From positions 9,023-73,022 of IMG/VR virus record IMGVR_UViG_3300032156_000002: 64,000 bases of DNA; one strand, written 5' to 3'. Numbering within the stretch: the first letter of the stretch is position 1; each line of letters starts with the position of its first letter. This DNA is from a virus. Its lineage: Duplodnaviria > Heunggongvirae > Uroviricota > Caudoviricetes. The notes beneath the pieces are model-generated. The model was given only the letters and a program-made list of their open reading frames with translations, was not told the origin of the DNA and ran no database searches. A program made the translations under genes and the position numbers. This document shows positions 1 to 9,135 of the stretch, piece after piece.

Positions 1-1127
1 TATTCGATGTCCTTCGCAACAGCCCCAAGACCCTCGCCGAACTCTCGCGCATCTTCGACCGAAGCCCCGAGACAATTACCAAGCGGCTCGACACCCTTGA
101 GGTTGAGGGCTGGTATCTGATTCGCGAGAACGACCAAATCAGCGTGCCGGTCAGCCTGCGGCCTCGGGTCACGGTGCCCGTCGCGACACTTGCCGATGTC
201 GAGGGCCGCGAAATCAGCCTCGGCGTATCGAGTGACCTTCACGCCGGGTCGCGTTGGGCACAGCCGACGGCATACAACAAGTTCAGGCGCATTGCCTACG
301 ACGAGTTTGGGGTGCGGATGTTCCTTGAGCCGGGCGACAAGACGGCTGGCATCTACGGCTACAAAGGGCAGGACCAAGACCTGATACCCGCGTGCCGCCC
401 CGTGAGCCGTCAGGATAGTTATGGTGCGACCTACAATCAGGTGTGGCTCGCCAGCCAGTGCATGGTACCTCTTGAGGGCGCGACCACTTATATCCTCGGC
501 GGCAATCACGACTGGTTCCACGTGACGGCGAACGGCCACGACCCGGTGAAGATGCTGTGCAGTCAGCGCACCGACGTGATTTACTGTGGCTACGACCATG
601 TGAGCATCCCGCTCACGAAGGACATGGACGTAAGGATGTGGCACCCGAGCGGCGGAATTCCCTATGCCCGGAGTTATCGAATGCAGAAGGGACTTGAGAG
701 CCAAGCCTTCGCCGACTTGCGGACGGCTATCGCCAAGGACAGGACGCCCAAGGTCTCGGCGCTTATCGCCGGGCACTTGCACATTGTCATTCCAGTGCCG
801 ATGATGCCAATTATGGGATTGCACCCCGGATGCTTCGAGGCGCAGAGCAACTACCTCAAGCGCAAAGGACTTGTACCCGACGTGGGCGGCAGTATTCTCA
901 CCTTCCGTCTCACAGAGAATGGCCACGTCCAGCGTATCACGTGGACGTGGATTCCCTTTGACGAGATTGAGGACGACTGGGAGAACTGGCCGCTTCCCGA
1001 GGAACAACACTCGCGATTCGAGCCGGATAACGTCGGCGTGATATTCTCGTTCCAAGAACTTCGTGACCCGAAACTCACGCCCGCCGGACCCGTGCCAAGT
1101 GGCCCCGAATACTCGGGAGCGCACTAG
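1..1127 (+). CDS. 5'-truncated HTH plus calcineurin-like metallophosphoesterase. The reading frame is open to the window start; the listed Met at 144 is internal.
   Basis: Frame open from nt 3 with no stop. N-terminal SPKTLAELSRIFDRSPETITKRLDTLEVEGWYLI is winged-helix like. Downstream motifs DLHAG, GGNHDW and GHLHIVIP match metallophosphatase signatures. Confidence 0.6.
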   Translation, partial: FDVLRNSPKTLAELSRIFDRSPETITKRLDTLEVEGWYLIRENDQISVPVSLRPRVTVPVATLADVEGREISLGVSSDLHAGSRWAQPTAYNKFRRIAYDEFGVRMFLEPGDKTAGIYGYKGQDQDLIPACRPVSRQDSYGATYNQVWLASQCMVPLEGATTYILGGNHDWFHVTANGHDPVKMLCSQRTDVIYCGYDHVSIPLTKDMDVRMWHPSGGIPYARSYRMQKGLESQAFADLRTAIAKDRTPKVSALIAGHLHIVIPVPMMPIMGLHPGCFEAQSNYLKRKGLVPDVGGSILTFRLTENGHVQRITWTWIPFDEIEDDWENWPLPEEQHSRFEPDNVGVIFSFQELRDPKLTPAGPVPSGPEYSGAH

Positions 1128-1223
1128 GTCCGAACGTGTTGGTATTATCAAGGCGGTGGTCTAAACTGTAGGTAGTCATGCGGGCAGGCATGACCTCCCT
1201 CCCTCGCGGGGCTAAGGCCCCCA

Positions 1224-1260
1224 GCGCCGTGTCTTGGCAGAGACGCGGCGCTTCCTTTTC
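1224..1260. terminator. GC-rich hairpin plus T-rich tract between convergent genes, a possible bidirectional intrinsic terminator.
   Basis: gcgccgtgtcttggcagagacgcggcgc followed by ttccttttc, lying between the + gene ending at 1127 and the - gene ending at 1259. Confidence 0.3.
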
Positions 1261-1597
1261 AGTTTGGGCTTGGGGCCAGACCCAGTATCCACATCACCGG
1301 CGGGATTACCAAAGCCGCGTTGGGGACAGGGATGTGGGTGCATTCCCGTCCTATCTGATTCGCGTTCGCCCAGTCCCACCACAACCGGTAGAGGATGGCA
1401 TGCTGGAACATCCCGAGACTCAATCGCGCGCGCATGTAGGCCAGCACAGGGTCGTCGGGGAAGATGATAACGCCGCGGTCGCAGTCCATGCAGTAGATGC
1501 CTAGCGCGTCGCGGCCGTCTTTTTTCACCCAGCCGTGATACTGGCGGACGGGCATGCCCGTTGCGGCGTCACGGAGAGGATAGAAGTCGCGTGTCAC
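1259..1597 (-). CDS. Hypothetical protein, 112 aa. The start may be an internal Met at about 1555, since the ORF overlaps the next gene.
   Basis: ORF track. No recognisable motifs. Confidence 0.35.
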   Translation of the reverse strand: MTRDFYPLRDAATGMPVRQYHGWVKKDGRDALGIYCMDCDRGVIIFPDDPVLAYMRARLSLGMFQHAILYRLWWDWANANQIGRECTHIPVPNAALVIPPVMWILGLAPSPN

Positions 1598-1865
1598 GCT
1601 TGCTCGGCCTCGCGTTGGTCACGGGGTGGCCTGTCTTGCGCGGCTTGGTCTTGAACGCGAGTACGTCCTCGCGGCGCATGTACCACGCGCGCCCAAACCA
1701 CGTGGCGAGCAAACGCTTTTCCTTGATGAAGGCACGCACCCGGCGCGGGCTGACGCCAATCATGTCAGCCGCGGTTGCCACGGTGAGCATGCCCTTCATC
1801 ATGTCGGCGTAGTGGTCGCGTGCGAGCGCGACCAGAAGTTTGTCAGATGAGCGTGAGCGTGTCAT
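1569..1865 (-). CDS. Small HTH DNA-binding protein, excisionase or MerR-like helix-turn-helix.
   Basis: Start is an internal Met (MTRSRSS...) of ORF 1569..2093. The motif MIGVSPRRVRAFIKEKRLLATWFGRAWYMRREDV is typical of an HTH_17/Xis fold. It abuts the upstream NTase gene with a 4 nt gap. Confidence 0.5.
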   Translation of the reverse strand: MTRSRSSDKLLVALARDHYADMMKGMLTVATAADMIGVSPRRVRAFIKEKRLLATWFGRAWYMRREDVLAFKTKPRKTGHPVTNARPSKRDTRLLSSP

Positions 1866-1869
1866 GGGC

Positions 1870-2700
1870 TTATTGTACCACAGTCGGCATGCTTGGCTTG
1901 TCGGGCCAGCCCGCGAGCACCACTTGGACGCACAGGTTGTGGATGGCCTCGCGGTCGGGCTGGGCCGGGAGGGTTGACGCGAGGTAGGCATCCTCGGACC
2001 GCTTGAACAGGTCATCCGACAGCGCCTTGACCCGCTCAAGGCTCCACTCGCCCCGTTTGATTTCCAAGAGTTCGGTCGCGTCCTCGCGTTCAACGTACAA
2101 CTCGCCGTCCTTCAGGAACTCTATGCCCATGCGCAGGAGCCGGACGAGGTGCGCCGCGTTCTTGGTGTCGTAGCCGAACTTCTCCACGAGCGCCTTGCGC
2201 TTTGCGCCCATAAACCCCTCGAAGGCCCCGTGGGTCATGCGGTGAAGTTGGCCATAGGCATAACCTGTGAAGGAGCGGTAGACGTGGCGGCCGACGAACA
2301 GGCGGCGGCTGTCGAGAATCAACTGCCCAGCGGGTTCGACGCGCAGGTAGTATTTCTCGGGGAGCCACAGCATCATCAGGACATTCGGGTTGCCTTGGGC
2401 GAGCAGGCCGATGAACTTGCGGGCCTCATATACGACAATATCCCACTCGTCGTGTTTGATTTCGCGGGTCCCTCGGTGGGCGAACTCCAACAGGCCGACA
2501 TAGTATTCCATCGGCGGCACGCACACGAACATCACATCCTTGTCATCAATGCTCGTGGCATCGGAGTTTGGGCGGTAGGTCCCGTGGGCTATTGAGCCTC
2601 GGTAGCCCGCCAGAATGGCCCACTCACTCAGGAACGGCTTGCCGTCGGTAATCGAGCGCGGGATTGTCATTTTTGTGTCCTCTTCTTTGCCGCCCGCCAA
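1870..2700 (-). CDS. Nucleotidyltransferase-fold protein, Pol-beta-like NTase, possibly RlaP/DUF4037 family.
   Basis: GSIAHGTYRPNSDATSIDDKD matches the hG[GS]...[DE]x[DE] NTase active-site pattern. 276 aa. Confidence 0.5.
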   Translation of the reverse strand: MAGGKEEDTKMTIPRSITDGKPFLSEWAILAGYRGSIAHGTYRPNSDATSIDDKDVMFVCVPPMEYYVGLLEFAHRGTREIKHDEWDIVVYEARKFIGLLAQGNPNVLMMLWLPEKYYLRVEPAGQLILDSRRLFVGRHVYRSFTGYAYGQLHRMTHGAFEGFMGAKRKALVEKFGYDTKNAAHLVRLLRMGIEFLKDGELYVEREDATELLEIKRGEWSLERVKALSDDLFKRSEDAYLASTLPAQPDREAIHNLCVQVVLAGWPDKPSMPTVVQ

Positions 2701-3344
2701 GTCTTACAGGCGACGGACAGTTTTGCACGGGTTTCGGGGCCAAGTGTGCGACCGCGCATTGCGGAACTTATGCGCGCGCGAGTCTCGGCTGTGTGAGTAT
2801 GTCCGCGATGCGCGATACTCATGCGTGCGCGACTCTCGGCTGTAACCGTGTGCCCGCGCAACGCGACGCTAAGGCGCGTGCGCGTTTCGGGGCCGAAGAT
2901 ACGTCCGTGCCGTGTGTTACTCATCCAAGCGCGGGTCTCGGCTGTGTGAGTACGTCCGCGATGCGCGATACTCATGCGTGCGCGACTCTCGGCTGTAACC
3001 GTGTGCCCGTGCAACGCAATACTCATGCGTGCGCGCGTCTCGGCGGTGCGCGTGACGCCCAGCGAGGAGGTCACGCATTTCTTGCAGATGTTGTAGTGCC
3101 CTCGGACGTTTACCAATCCCTGTTCGTAACGTGTGAGTTCGAACGGTTCGCAGATGACGACAGTTCTGAACTCGAATGCGCCCTCACCGTACTTGCGAAA
3201 CGTGGCCTGCAAGTGCCGATTGATATGCGTTCCACGGCGCAGGGCGCGAAGATGACTGAGTAGCCGAGATTCGACGCGACAACTCTGCCCAACATATCCC
3301 CGCCCGTTACGCAGGTTTCGAATGGCATAAACGCCGGTGCTCAT
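2667..3344 (-). CDS. Free-standing GIY-YIG homing endonuclease with tandem NUMOD3 DNA-binding repeats.
   Basis: N-terminus GVYAIRNLRNGRGYVGQS...R...H...E matches the GIY-YIG core. The C-terminal half has at least 5 repeats of TAETRARMS-type NUMOD3 motifs. Confidence 0.8.
   Translation of the reverse strand: MSTGVYAIRNLRNGRGYVGQSCRVESRLLSHLRALRRGTHINRHLQATFRKYGEGAFEFRTVVICEPFELTRYEQGLVNVRGHYNICKKCVTSSLGVTRTAETRARMSIALHGHTVTAESRARMSIAHRGRTHTAETRAWMSNTRHGRIFGPETRTRLSVALRGHTVTAESRARMSIAHRGHTHTAETRARISSAMRGRTLGPETRAKLSVACKTWRAAKKRTQK
2760..3060. repeat. Tandem imperfect direct repeats of about 45-50 bp, coding for the NUMOD3 repeats of the homing endonuclease.
   Basis: gtgtgagtatgtccgcgatgcgcgatactcatgcgtgcgcgactctcggctgtaaccgtgtgcccg recurs with variants. 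Confidence 0.7.
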
Positions 3345-3375
3345 TCGCCTCCCATCAGAGTGCGTGCGCGATTGT

Positions 3376-3525
3376 CATAGCCAGCCGTACTCTAGGGCCA
3401 GTCCGAGCGCGAGCAGGCCCACGAGAAACACGATGGTCAGAATCAGGTTGCGCGTGTTGGCCCGGCGCTCGGCGTCGGTCATCGCACAGTCCTCGGGCGT
3501 GTATTCCATGAAGTTCATTGGCATT
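3376..3525 (-). CDS. Small membrane peptide of about 49 aa, MPMNFMEYTPEDCAMTDAERRANTRNLILTIVFLVGLLALGLALEYGWL. Coordinates are within 1 nt.
   Basis: Not in the ORF track because it is under 60 aa. AGGAG RBS lies 6 nt upstream. One predicted TM helix. Confidence 0.35.
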
Positions 3526-3542
3526 GTCGTTTCTCCTGTTGG

Positions 3543-3746
3543 TTAGACGGATGGCGTCACACCCTTGAAGCGGGCGCGGAGTTCCGTGCGGAGCGCCATG
3601 ATTCGCGCCTCGATACCTTGCATGTCGGCATACTCGGCGGGGTGCGCCAACTTCATGTGGATGCGGAGCAACTCCCCGACCTGATAGCCATGGCCACTCA
3701 CTTCCACTTGGCAGAGCGGGCACTTGCGTAGTTGAAGCATATTCAC
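3543..3746 (-). CDS. Hypothetical 67 aa protein with CxxC.
   Basis: ORF track. Tightly packed with neighbouring genes. Confidence 0.45.
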   Translation of the reverse strand: MNMLQLRKCPLCQVEVSGHGYQVGELLRIHMKLAHPAEYADMQGIEARIMALRTELRARFKGVTPSV

Positions 3747-3776
3747 TCCCGTGGTAAATAAGGGCCTAACGGTAAA

Positions 3777-4304
3777 TTAGGCTCCTGTCTTGTGGATGCG
3801 CAGGGCGATGCGCGCGACGGTCGGGATTTCCGGGGCCACCCTGAACAGCCGGTCCTTGGCCGCCTGAATCTCCGCGTTGTCCTCGTCGGCCAGTAGGCTC
3901 TTGAGAGCCTCGGCCATAGCACCGTCCGAAGTACCGGCGGCCAGAGCCGCGGCGATGTGCTCACGGACGGGATTGGCCGCCCGTGTGGCGGCAATCACTT
4001 CGTCCTCGGAATCGGTGCGCGAGTTGCGGCCCAGTCCGGCATAGGCGCGACCGGCGAGGTACGCGGCCTTGCCAGACAGGTGAGCCAGCGCGGCGAGCGC
4101 CTCTTGCAACAGCATGTCGCGGTCGGTGAGCGGCACGCGCTGGACATTATTGTCAAAGGCGAGGCCGTCGCCAAGTCGCCTCATCTCCGCGTCGTGGATG
4201 ACCACGTTGATTTGGTCAACCACCGGCCGACTCCCCGATGGCCCGCGGCTCGGGTCAACCAGTTCGTCGCGGGCGACTTTCAAGGCAGTCAGTAGGTCAA
4301 TCAT
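3777..4304 (-). CDS. Hypothetical protein, 175 aa.
   Basis: ORF track. Overlaps the next gene by 8 nt. Confidence 0.5.
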   Translation of the reverse strand: MIDLLTALKVARDELVDPSRGPSGSRPVVDQINVVIHDAEMRRLGDGLAFDNNVQRVPLTDRDMLLQEALAALAHLSGKAAYLAGRAYAGLGRNSRTDSEDEVIAATRAANPVREHIAAALAAGTSDGAMAEALKSLLADEDNAEIQAAKDRLFRVAPEIPTVARIALRIHKTGA

Positions 4305-4902
4305 GGGTCTCTCCCTCTACGGACTTCGAGGCCGCGAGCGCGCGGTCAGCGCGCAGTGCGACCATCTTCCAGTTCTTGGCGCGGCGCAGTGCCGCCTTGG
4401 CCTTGCCGTCCCATTCCTTCGCCTTGGCGAGAGCGTGCTCGCGCCGCTCCTCGCGTTTTTCACTCAGGGTCGGCTTGGGCTTGGCGACCGGAATGCGAGG
4501 CTCGACCTTCACCGTTGCGGCCCAGTCATAGACAGGCCCCTCACCGCGCCAGCCGTTGCCCATTTGTTTGTGGGTCAGGCCGCGGATGGCATGGGCCATC
4601 TCGTGCACCACGACATAAGCGAAGGCTTTGCCGTTGAACGTCGCGGTGCTTGTAGCCACGCTCCCAAACTTGCGCGAGCGACGGATGATGGCCGGGCGCG
4701 GCACGCGCACCGTGGCGTCGCGCGAGTTCCGGTAGGCGTAGCCACTATAGGGACCGCGCGAGCGCCAAGCGTTACCCTTGCCGTAGATGACATGCAGAAC
4801 GAAGCGGTCGAGACGCCGCTGTTCGAACTCGCCGCGCGCCACACGGCAGGCGATGGTCTTGAGTGCTCGGGTATCCCAGTCTGTGCGATTGTCAATCTTC
4901 AT
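4297..4902 (-). CDS. SprT-like or zincin-like metallopeptidase domain protein with an HEMAH motif.
   Basis: VVVHEMAHAIRGLTH HExxH motif followed by a lysine-rich charged C-terminus. Confidence 0.5.
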   Translation of the reverse strand: MKIDNRTDWDTRALKTIACRVARGEFEQRRLDRFVLHVIYGKGNAWRSRGPYSGYAYRNSRDATVRVPRPAIIRRSRKFGSVATSTATFNGKAFAYVVVHEMAHAIRGLTHKQMGNGWRGEGPVYDWAATVKVEPRIPVAKPKPTLSEKREERREHALAKAKEWDGKAKAALRRAKNWKMVALRADRALAASKSVEGETHD

Positions 4903-4973
4903 TGGGCCTCCATGTCAGTAGGACCACTCGACTTTCGTCTCCCGGCAAATCCACCGGCAGACCTCGGATAACC

Positions 4974-5005
4974 CTATTGTACCACATGCGGAACACTTTG
5001 TCAAG
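4974..5005 (-). promoter_or_regulatory. Conserved sigma70-like promoter, family copy 1, firing leftward.
   Basis: Reverse complement reads cTTGACAaagtgttccgcatgTGGTACAATagg, with -35 TTGACA, a 17 nt spacer and an extended -10. Confidence 0.5.
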
Positions 5006-5048
5006 TTGAGCGAATCATCAGGGCCGGTTGCCCGGCCCCGATTCGACA

Positions 5049-5291
5049 TTATTTGCCCGTGAAGATTAGACTTGCGCTTGACCAGAACACATAGGCCCAC
5101 ACGGCCACGAGCGCGGCGTCGCCCACGATGAGGACCTTTTGCAGTGTGCGGCGAGCCTTGGCGTTGTCGTTCAAGGTCCCCGCCCTGAGTATGCACACGT
5201 CGTCCACGATGTGCCGCATGCCGATGACGACCATGAGCAAGGCGAAGATTATCAATGCCGCGCGAAGGATTTGCATAACCGATTCGGGCAT
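5049..5291 (-). CDS. Small membrane protein, 80 aa, 2 TM.
   Basis: Hydrophobic stretches LIIFALLMVVIGM and AALVAVWAYVFW. Confidence 0.45.
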   Translation of the reverse strand: MPESVMQILRAALIIFALLMVVIGMRHIVDDVCILRAGTLNDNAKARRTLQKVLIVGDAALVAVWAYVFWSSASLIFTGK

Positions 5292-5300
5292 ATCTCCTCC

Positions 5301-5663
5301 CTATAGTCTCTCGACCCGCGCAAGCCAATTCGCGATTTCGGTCGTGGTGATGAGCAGGTGGTCGCGGTGCGGTGCGATGAAGTGGAACTTGAAGTCGTGA
5401 TGATGCGCCCAGCACTGCGGCGTGGTGTCGCGAAAGTCCTCGCGGCTGGGTCGCTCGCCGAAGTAGTCGGCAAGAATGCTCAGAGCAAGGTCCGCCGGTC
5501 CGCTCCCGCCGTAACCCATCTCGAAGCCGGTCGGGCTGTGCCACACCACGTGGTACAGCGGCCGTCCGTCCACGGTCGCCAGAACCTCAGCGCCCTCGTG
5601 TCCGCGCCTCGCCTCGTATACTTTGTCAACCGGTTTGTCGTTCACGTTCCCTCCAATGCACAA
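5301..5663 (-). CDS. Hypothetical protein, 120 aa.
   Basis: ORF track. Conserved-looking WHSPTGFEMGYGGSGPADLA segment. Confidence 0.5.
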   Translation of the reverse strand: MCIGGNVNDKPVDKVYEARRGHEGAEVLATVDGRPLYHVVWHSPTGFEMGYGGSGPADLALSILADYFGERPSREDFRDTTPQCWAHHHDFKFHFIAPHRDHLLITTTEIANWLARVERL

Positions 5664-5738
5664 TTGCGGATAGTCACTAGGATAAACAGACCACCGGGGC
5701 GCGGCTACCGCACGGCCGCGCCCGGATGGAATGCTTTG

Positions 5739-6398
5739 TTACAGACCTCCGGCCCACGAACTGATGGTAGCGGTGAGACGGTCGAACTCAGGTGAGACCT
5801 TCTCGGCCCAGCGGGTGGCCGACTCCAACTTGGCCAGCCCGCCGTCTACATCGCCGTCCCCGACGAGGCCGATGGCGTCACGCAGGTCACGGACCGAGTT
5901 CTCCATGTAGGTCTGCGCGTTGTCCGCGTCATCACGGAAGCAGGTGGGTATGTTACTGCGGTTCGCCTGCACCCGGCGATAGATGGAGTCGGCTTCGTTG
6001 TACCAACCGGGCCAGTCGAAGTCGGCGGTCGAAGTGATGCGGTCCGTCAGTTGCGCGCCCTCGGTGAACAACGCGGCGCTGGTCTCTGCCCAATTCACGA
6101 TACTCTGCATTTCGCCGATGGTGCACCCGAACGGGCCGGTGGGCGCAGGCACGGCCGTTGGCGGTCGAGCCGTCGGCTTCGCCGCCTGTGCGGGTTTGGC
6201 CGTGGGGACCACCGTGACGTACACAATCTGAGGCTCGCCTTGCACGGACCCTGCGCCGGGGTCGGTGCGAACGATGAGCGCGGTCAACAGACAGATGACG
6301 GTCATCAGGCCGACGAAACCCACGGCCAGCGCGACCCACGCCCAACCCGGTAACTTGCTCTTGGTATTACCAATCCCGTTGCTCGGCATGCTGTTCAT
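5739..6398 (-). CDS. Membrane-anchored protein with an N-terminal TM helix and a Pro/Ala-rich linker.
   Basis: Start at the internal MNSMPSNG of ORF 5739..6527. Followed by WAWVALAVGFVGLMTVICLLTALIV. Confidence 0.5.
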   Translation of the reverse strand: MNSMPSNGIGNTKSKLPGWAWVALAVGFVGLMTVICLLTALIVRTDPGAGSVQGEPQIVYVTVVPTAKPAQAAKPTARPPTAVPAPTGPFGCTIGEMQSIVNWAETSAALFTEGAQLTDRITSTADFDWPGWYNEADSIYRRVQANRSNIPTCFRDDADNAQTYMENSVRDLRDAIGLVGDGDVDGGLAKLESATRWAEKVSPEFDRLTATISSWAGGL

Positions 6399-6426
6399 TG
6401 TTATCTCCTCGGCTGAATGCTCCCGC

Positions 6427-6720
6427 CTATCGGCGGGGCTTCTTGTCCGTGTGGATTGCCCACGGACCCTCGGCCACATGGCCGGGAACGAACCGTTGAC
6501 AGTTGCCGCACTTCTTGCCATGGGCATTGAGCGCCTGCGCCCACGTTCGATTGATGACGTACCCTCGCCCGCACATCGCGGGCAATGTCACGCGGCCCGG
6601 CAGGCCACTCGACTTCCGGTTGCTCCGCGTGCGGGCATCCGGCACGAGCGTCAGATGCAGATTGTGCTCGGTCTCGCCGTCGCCGACCCACTCGGCTTTC
6701 CCAAACTTGGTCTTGACCAT
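6427..6720 (-). CDS. Hypothetical Cys-rich 97 aa protein.
   Basis: ORF track. CGRG...CGNC pattern. Confidence 0.4.
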   Translation of the reverse strand: MVKTKFGKAEWVGDGETEHNLHLTLVPDARTRSNRKSSGLPGRVTLPAMCGRGYVINRTWAQALNAHGKKCGNCQRFVPGHVAEGPWAIHTDKKPRR

Positions 6721-6741
6721 CCCGCGCTCCTCTCAGTGCCT

Positions 6742-6772
6742 AATTATACCGCCTGCGGAACAGTTTGTCAAG
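6742..6772 (-). promoter_or_regulatory. Conserved promoter, family copy 2, firing leftward.
   Basis: Reverse complement reads cTTGACAaactgttccgcaggcGGTATAATtagg. Confidence 0.5.
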
Positions 6773-7028
6773 GGACGCCACAATAGTCCCGTTTTGCGCC
6801 TTCCTTGCGGAGTTGGATGGCGCGGGTCGCGGCCAGTTCCAGCGTTTGGTGCGCAGAGTCGCGCTTCCATGCCCTGTGATAGGCGACCTGCTTTGTCACG
6901 ACCCACCACCCGTGACCGCGGACGCTTTGGGGCGGCGAGTAGGTGATGGCCACGTTCGGAAAGCCGTAGCCTACTTGGATACGGGGCAACGAGTGTCTCA
7001 GTTTCATCAGTCGTTCAATCGCTGTCAT
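6768..7028 (-). CDS. Hypothetical 86 aa protein.
   Basis: ORF track. Confidence 0.4.
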   Translation of the reverse strand: MTAIERLMKLRHSLPRIQVGYGFPNVAITYSPPQSVRGHGWWVVTKQVAYHRAWKRDSAHQTLELAATRAIQLRKEGAKRDYCGVP

Positions 7029-7347
7029 CTTCGTCCTCCTCGGTATCTTCGCAGACTGCGCCCAGCGTTGCGGCTACGCGCCGCCCGTCCTCGTTGAGTG
7101 TATACAAAATATAGTCATGCGTATTCGATTCGTATACGGTCGAGAGGTAGACCTTCATCAACAGGCGCTTGACCGTGGCCGTCCCGACCCGCTCGTTGCC
7201 TAAGTAGTAGACCCCCGCCCCGTCGGCCCACGTCAGGTCGGCCTCGTCGTTCTTGGCCAGCGCGCACAAGACCCATTTCTCCCTCGGAGTCAGGGGAACG
7301 CGCCGGAGAGCGTTTATCAATGCCATGCCTTCCTCGTAGGCGTTCAC
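7015..7347 (-). CDS. Hypothetical 110 aa protein with an acidic C-terminus.
   Basis: ORF track. Confidence 0.45.
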   Translation of the reverse strand: MNAYEEGMALINALRRVPLTPREKWVLCALAKNDEADLTWADGAGVYYLGNERVGTATVKRLLMKVYLSTVYESNTHDYILYTLNEDGRRVAATLGAVCEDTEEDEDDSD

Positions 7348-7736
7348 GTCGTGGTCTCCACGGCACTTGCCACGTCCACGATGCTATCGGCGCGCTCTGG
7401 CATGGTCTGCAACAGCAACAGGACGCTGTTCATGGTCTCCTGTACGGCCATGGGTCCAAGGCCGCGCAACGTCCTGAGCGCGGCGATGGCGCGATGTTTG
7501 AAGTCCAGAGCGCCCAGCCTCAGTGTCTCGTCCAGAGACAGCGGATTGAGCGGCGTAGTGTTGGCGAGTAGTCTCTCGCGCAGAATCGCGAGGTGGCCGA
7601 TAACCACGAGGTCCGCGTCGGCCCCCGAGCCGTGATGGCCGCGCCGCACGTTCGCTCGGTGCTGGCGGTCGGCGCGACCGATACGGCGGTCAATCAGGCG
7701 CAACAGCATCTCTACTTCCTTGGCGGTCAGTTCCAT
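7344..7736 (-). CDS. Hypothetical protein, 131 aa.
   Basis: Start at the internal MELTAKEVEM of ORF 7344..8132. The upstream part of that ORF is Arg-rich junk. Confidence 0.45.
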   Translation of the reverse strand: MELTAKEVEMLLRLIDRRIGRADRQHRANVRRGHHGSGADADLVVIGHLAILRERLLANTTPLNPLSLDETLRLGALDFKHRAIAALRTLRGLGPMAVQETMNSVLLLLQTMPERADSIVDVASAVETTT

Positions 7737-7786
7737 GGGAATCTCTCCCTCTACGAAGGACGGCGTTGCGCATCGCGCAACACAGG

Positions 7787-8290
7787 CTATGCGTGCAACG
7801 GTCCGCCACAACGCGGGCAGGTCTCTCCCCCGCAGTACGGGCAGGCGTCGTGAACATCGGCGGGCAACGGCGGCCCCGGCTTGCGTTCCCACTCGTGATG
7901 CCAGCCATCCTCGCCGGTACCGAACCGACTGTGCACGAGGAAGGCTCCCTCTTCGCGCCAGTCGCCGGACCCGAGTTTCGCGCCCGTGCTCATCTTTGCC
8001 CACACCTTGGCCAGCCAACCCTTGGCCGTGGTGCGCGGGTCGCGCACGGCGTTGTAGTAGTAGTTCGTGACCAGCCGCCAGATACTTCGCGGCCAGCCCT
8101 GAGCGGGCCGTACCGTTCCGCACTTCGGGCACAGCGGCTCATCTGCGGCCTTGTTGTCATCCTCGTCCTTCCACGGATGCGAGCACTTTGGGCACTGGCT
8201 GTAAATCTCCCAAGCCTTTGCCTCGACCCGGACCTTGCGATAGGACCCGTCGGCCAGTTTTTCAATCCCGTTCGGTAGCATCTCGGTCAT
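7787..8290 (-). CDS. Cys-rich, Zn-binding-like protein, 167 aa.
   Basis: CPKCSHPW...CPKCG...CPYCGGETCPRCGG, multiple CxxC pairs. Confidence 0.5.
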   Translation of the reverse strand: MTEMLPNGIEKLADGSYRKVRVEAKAWEIYSQCPKCSHPWKDEDDNKAADEPLCPKCGTVRPAQGWPRSIWRLVTNYYYNAVRDPRTTAKGWLAKVWAKMSTGAKLGSGDWREEGAFLVHSRFGTGEDGWHHEWERKPGPPLPADVHDACPYCGGETCPRCGGPLHA

Positions 8291-8769
8291 GGTTGGCTCC
8301 TCACGGCCTTGCGCGGACGCCGGGCCAGTCGGTCGTGGTGGAGTTCGATGGGCAGGATGGACACGCAGTAGCCCTCGTCGTTGGCTGGGTACGGTGGTCC
8401 GGCTTGGTAGTGAAGGTTCCCGCCGTAGAGTTCCTCGCTCAATTCCGTCTCCACTATCCAGTCCTCGACCTTGACCTGCGGCCTAGCCCGCAGGCACCAC
8501 CCGGCACACCACATGCTGGCCGCGGTGAGGTCGTCGGTCAGATAGTAGGCCACGTCCTCGTGCGGGTCCTCGCCAATGGCGAGGTACAGCCGCCCCGGCT
8601 TTTCGCGCGCGCGCCGGTGATAGTGCTTGGCGATGACCGCGGCGAACCCGCGTATTTCCGTCTCGTCGGGGTATCCCTGCCGCCCGGCGCGAGCGGTCTC
8701 CTGCATGTCGCGCGCCGTGCGCACAAGGTCCTTGGCCGCATTCTCAATCCAATGCGCAAACTTGGTCAT
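8287..8769 (-). CDS. Hypothetical protein, 160 aa.
   Basis: ORF track. 4 nt overlap with its neighbour. Confidence 0.5.
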   Translation of the reverse strand: MTKFAHWIENAAKDLVRTARDMQETARAGRQGYPDETEIRGFAAVIAKHYHRRAREKPGRLYLAIGEDPHEDVAYYLTDDLTAASMWCAGWCLRARPQVKVEDWIVETELSEELYGGNLHYQAGPPYPANDEGYCVSILPIELHHDRLARRPRKAVRSQP

Positions 8770-9095
8770 TGCACCACCTCCGCCTCAGGCTCAAACTCGA
8801 TGCTCCCGCCCACGGGGATTTCCGGGCGGCCCGCTTCGAGCCACTCGTCGTATGGCGTGAAGCCTTCGAGCAGACCGAAAGCGCCGTCCACGCTGTAGGC
8901 GATTTCCTTACCGACCAGCATGGCATTATCAACACAATGACCCGCTCCGATTGCGCCGGGAAACGCATCGTCCAACGAGCGCACGGTCTGACCGTTGTCG
9001 CACGGAATGGCCCGACCACTCACGAGCAGGTAGCCCAGCCCGGACCCCCACGACCCCGCAAAGCCTTCGATGGTTCCTCTGTAAACCGTAGGCAT
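8766..9095 (-). CDS. Hypothetical protein, 109 aa.
   Basis: ORF track. Confidence 0.5.
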   Translation of the reverse strand: MPTVYRGTIEGFAGSWGSGLGYLLVSGRAIPCDNGQTVRSLDDAFPGAIGAGHCVDNAMLVGKEIAYSVDGAFGLLEGFTPYDEWLEAGRPEIPVGGSIEFEPEAEVVQ

Positions 9096-9135
9096 GTCAG
9101 CCTCCCTTGCTTTGTAAACACACGAGCGCGGATTG

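Noticed and set aside
2760-3060. Regular roughly 48 bp repeats that could be mistaken for a CRISPR array.
   Set aside because: The repeats are imperfect, lie inside a continuous ORF and encode NUMOD3 motifs of the homing endonuclease. No cas genes are nearby.
4915-5544. 209 aa minus-strand ORF.
   Set aside because: Its composition is Arg-rich junk. It overlaps the better-supported membrane-protein gene 5049..5291 and the hypothetical gene 5301..5663.
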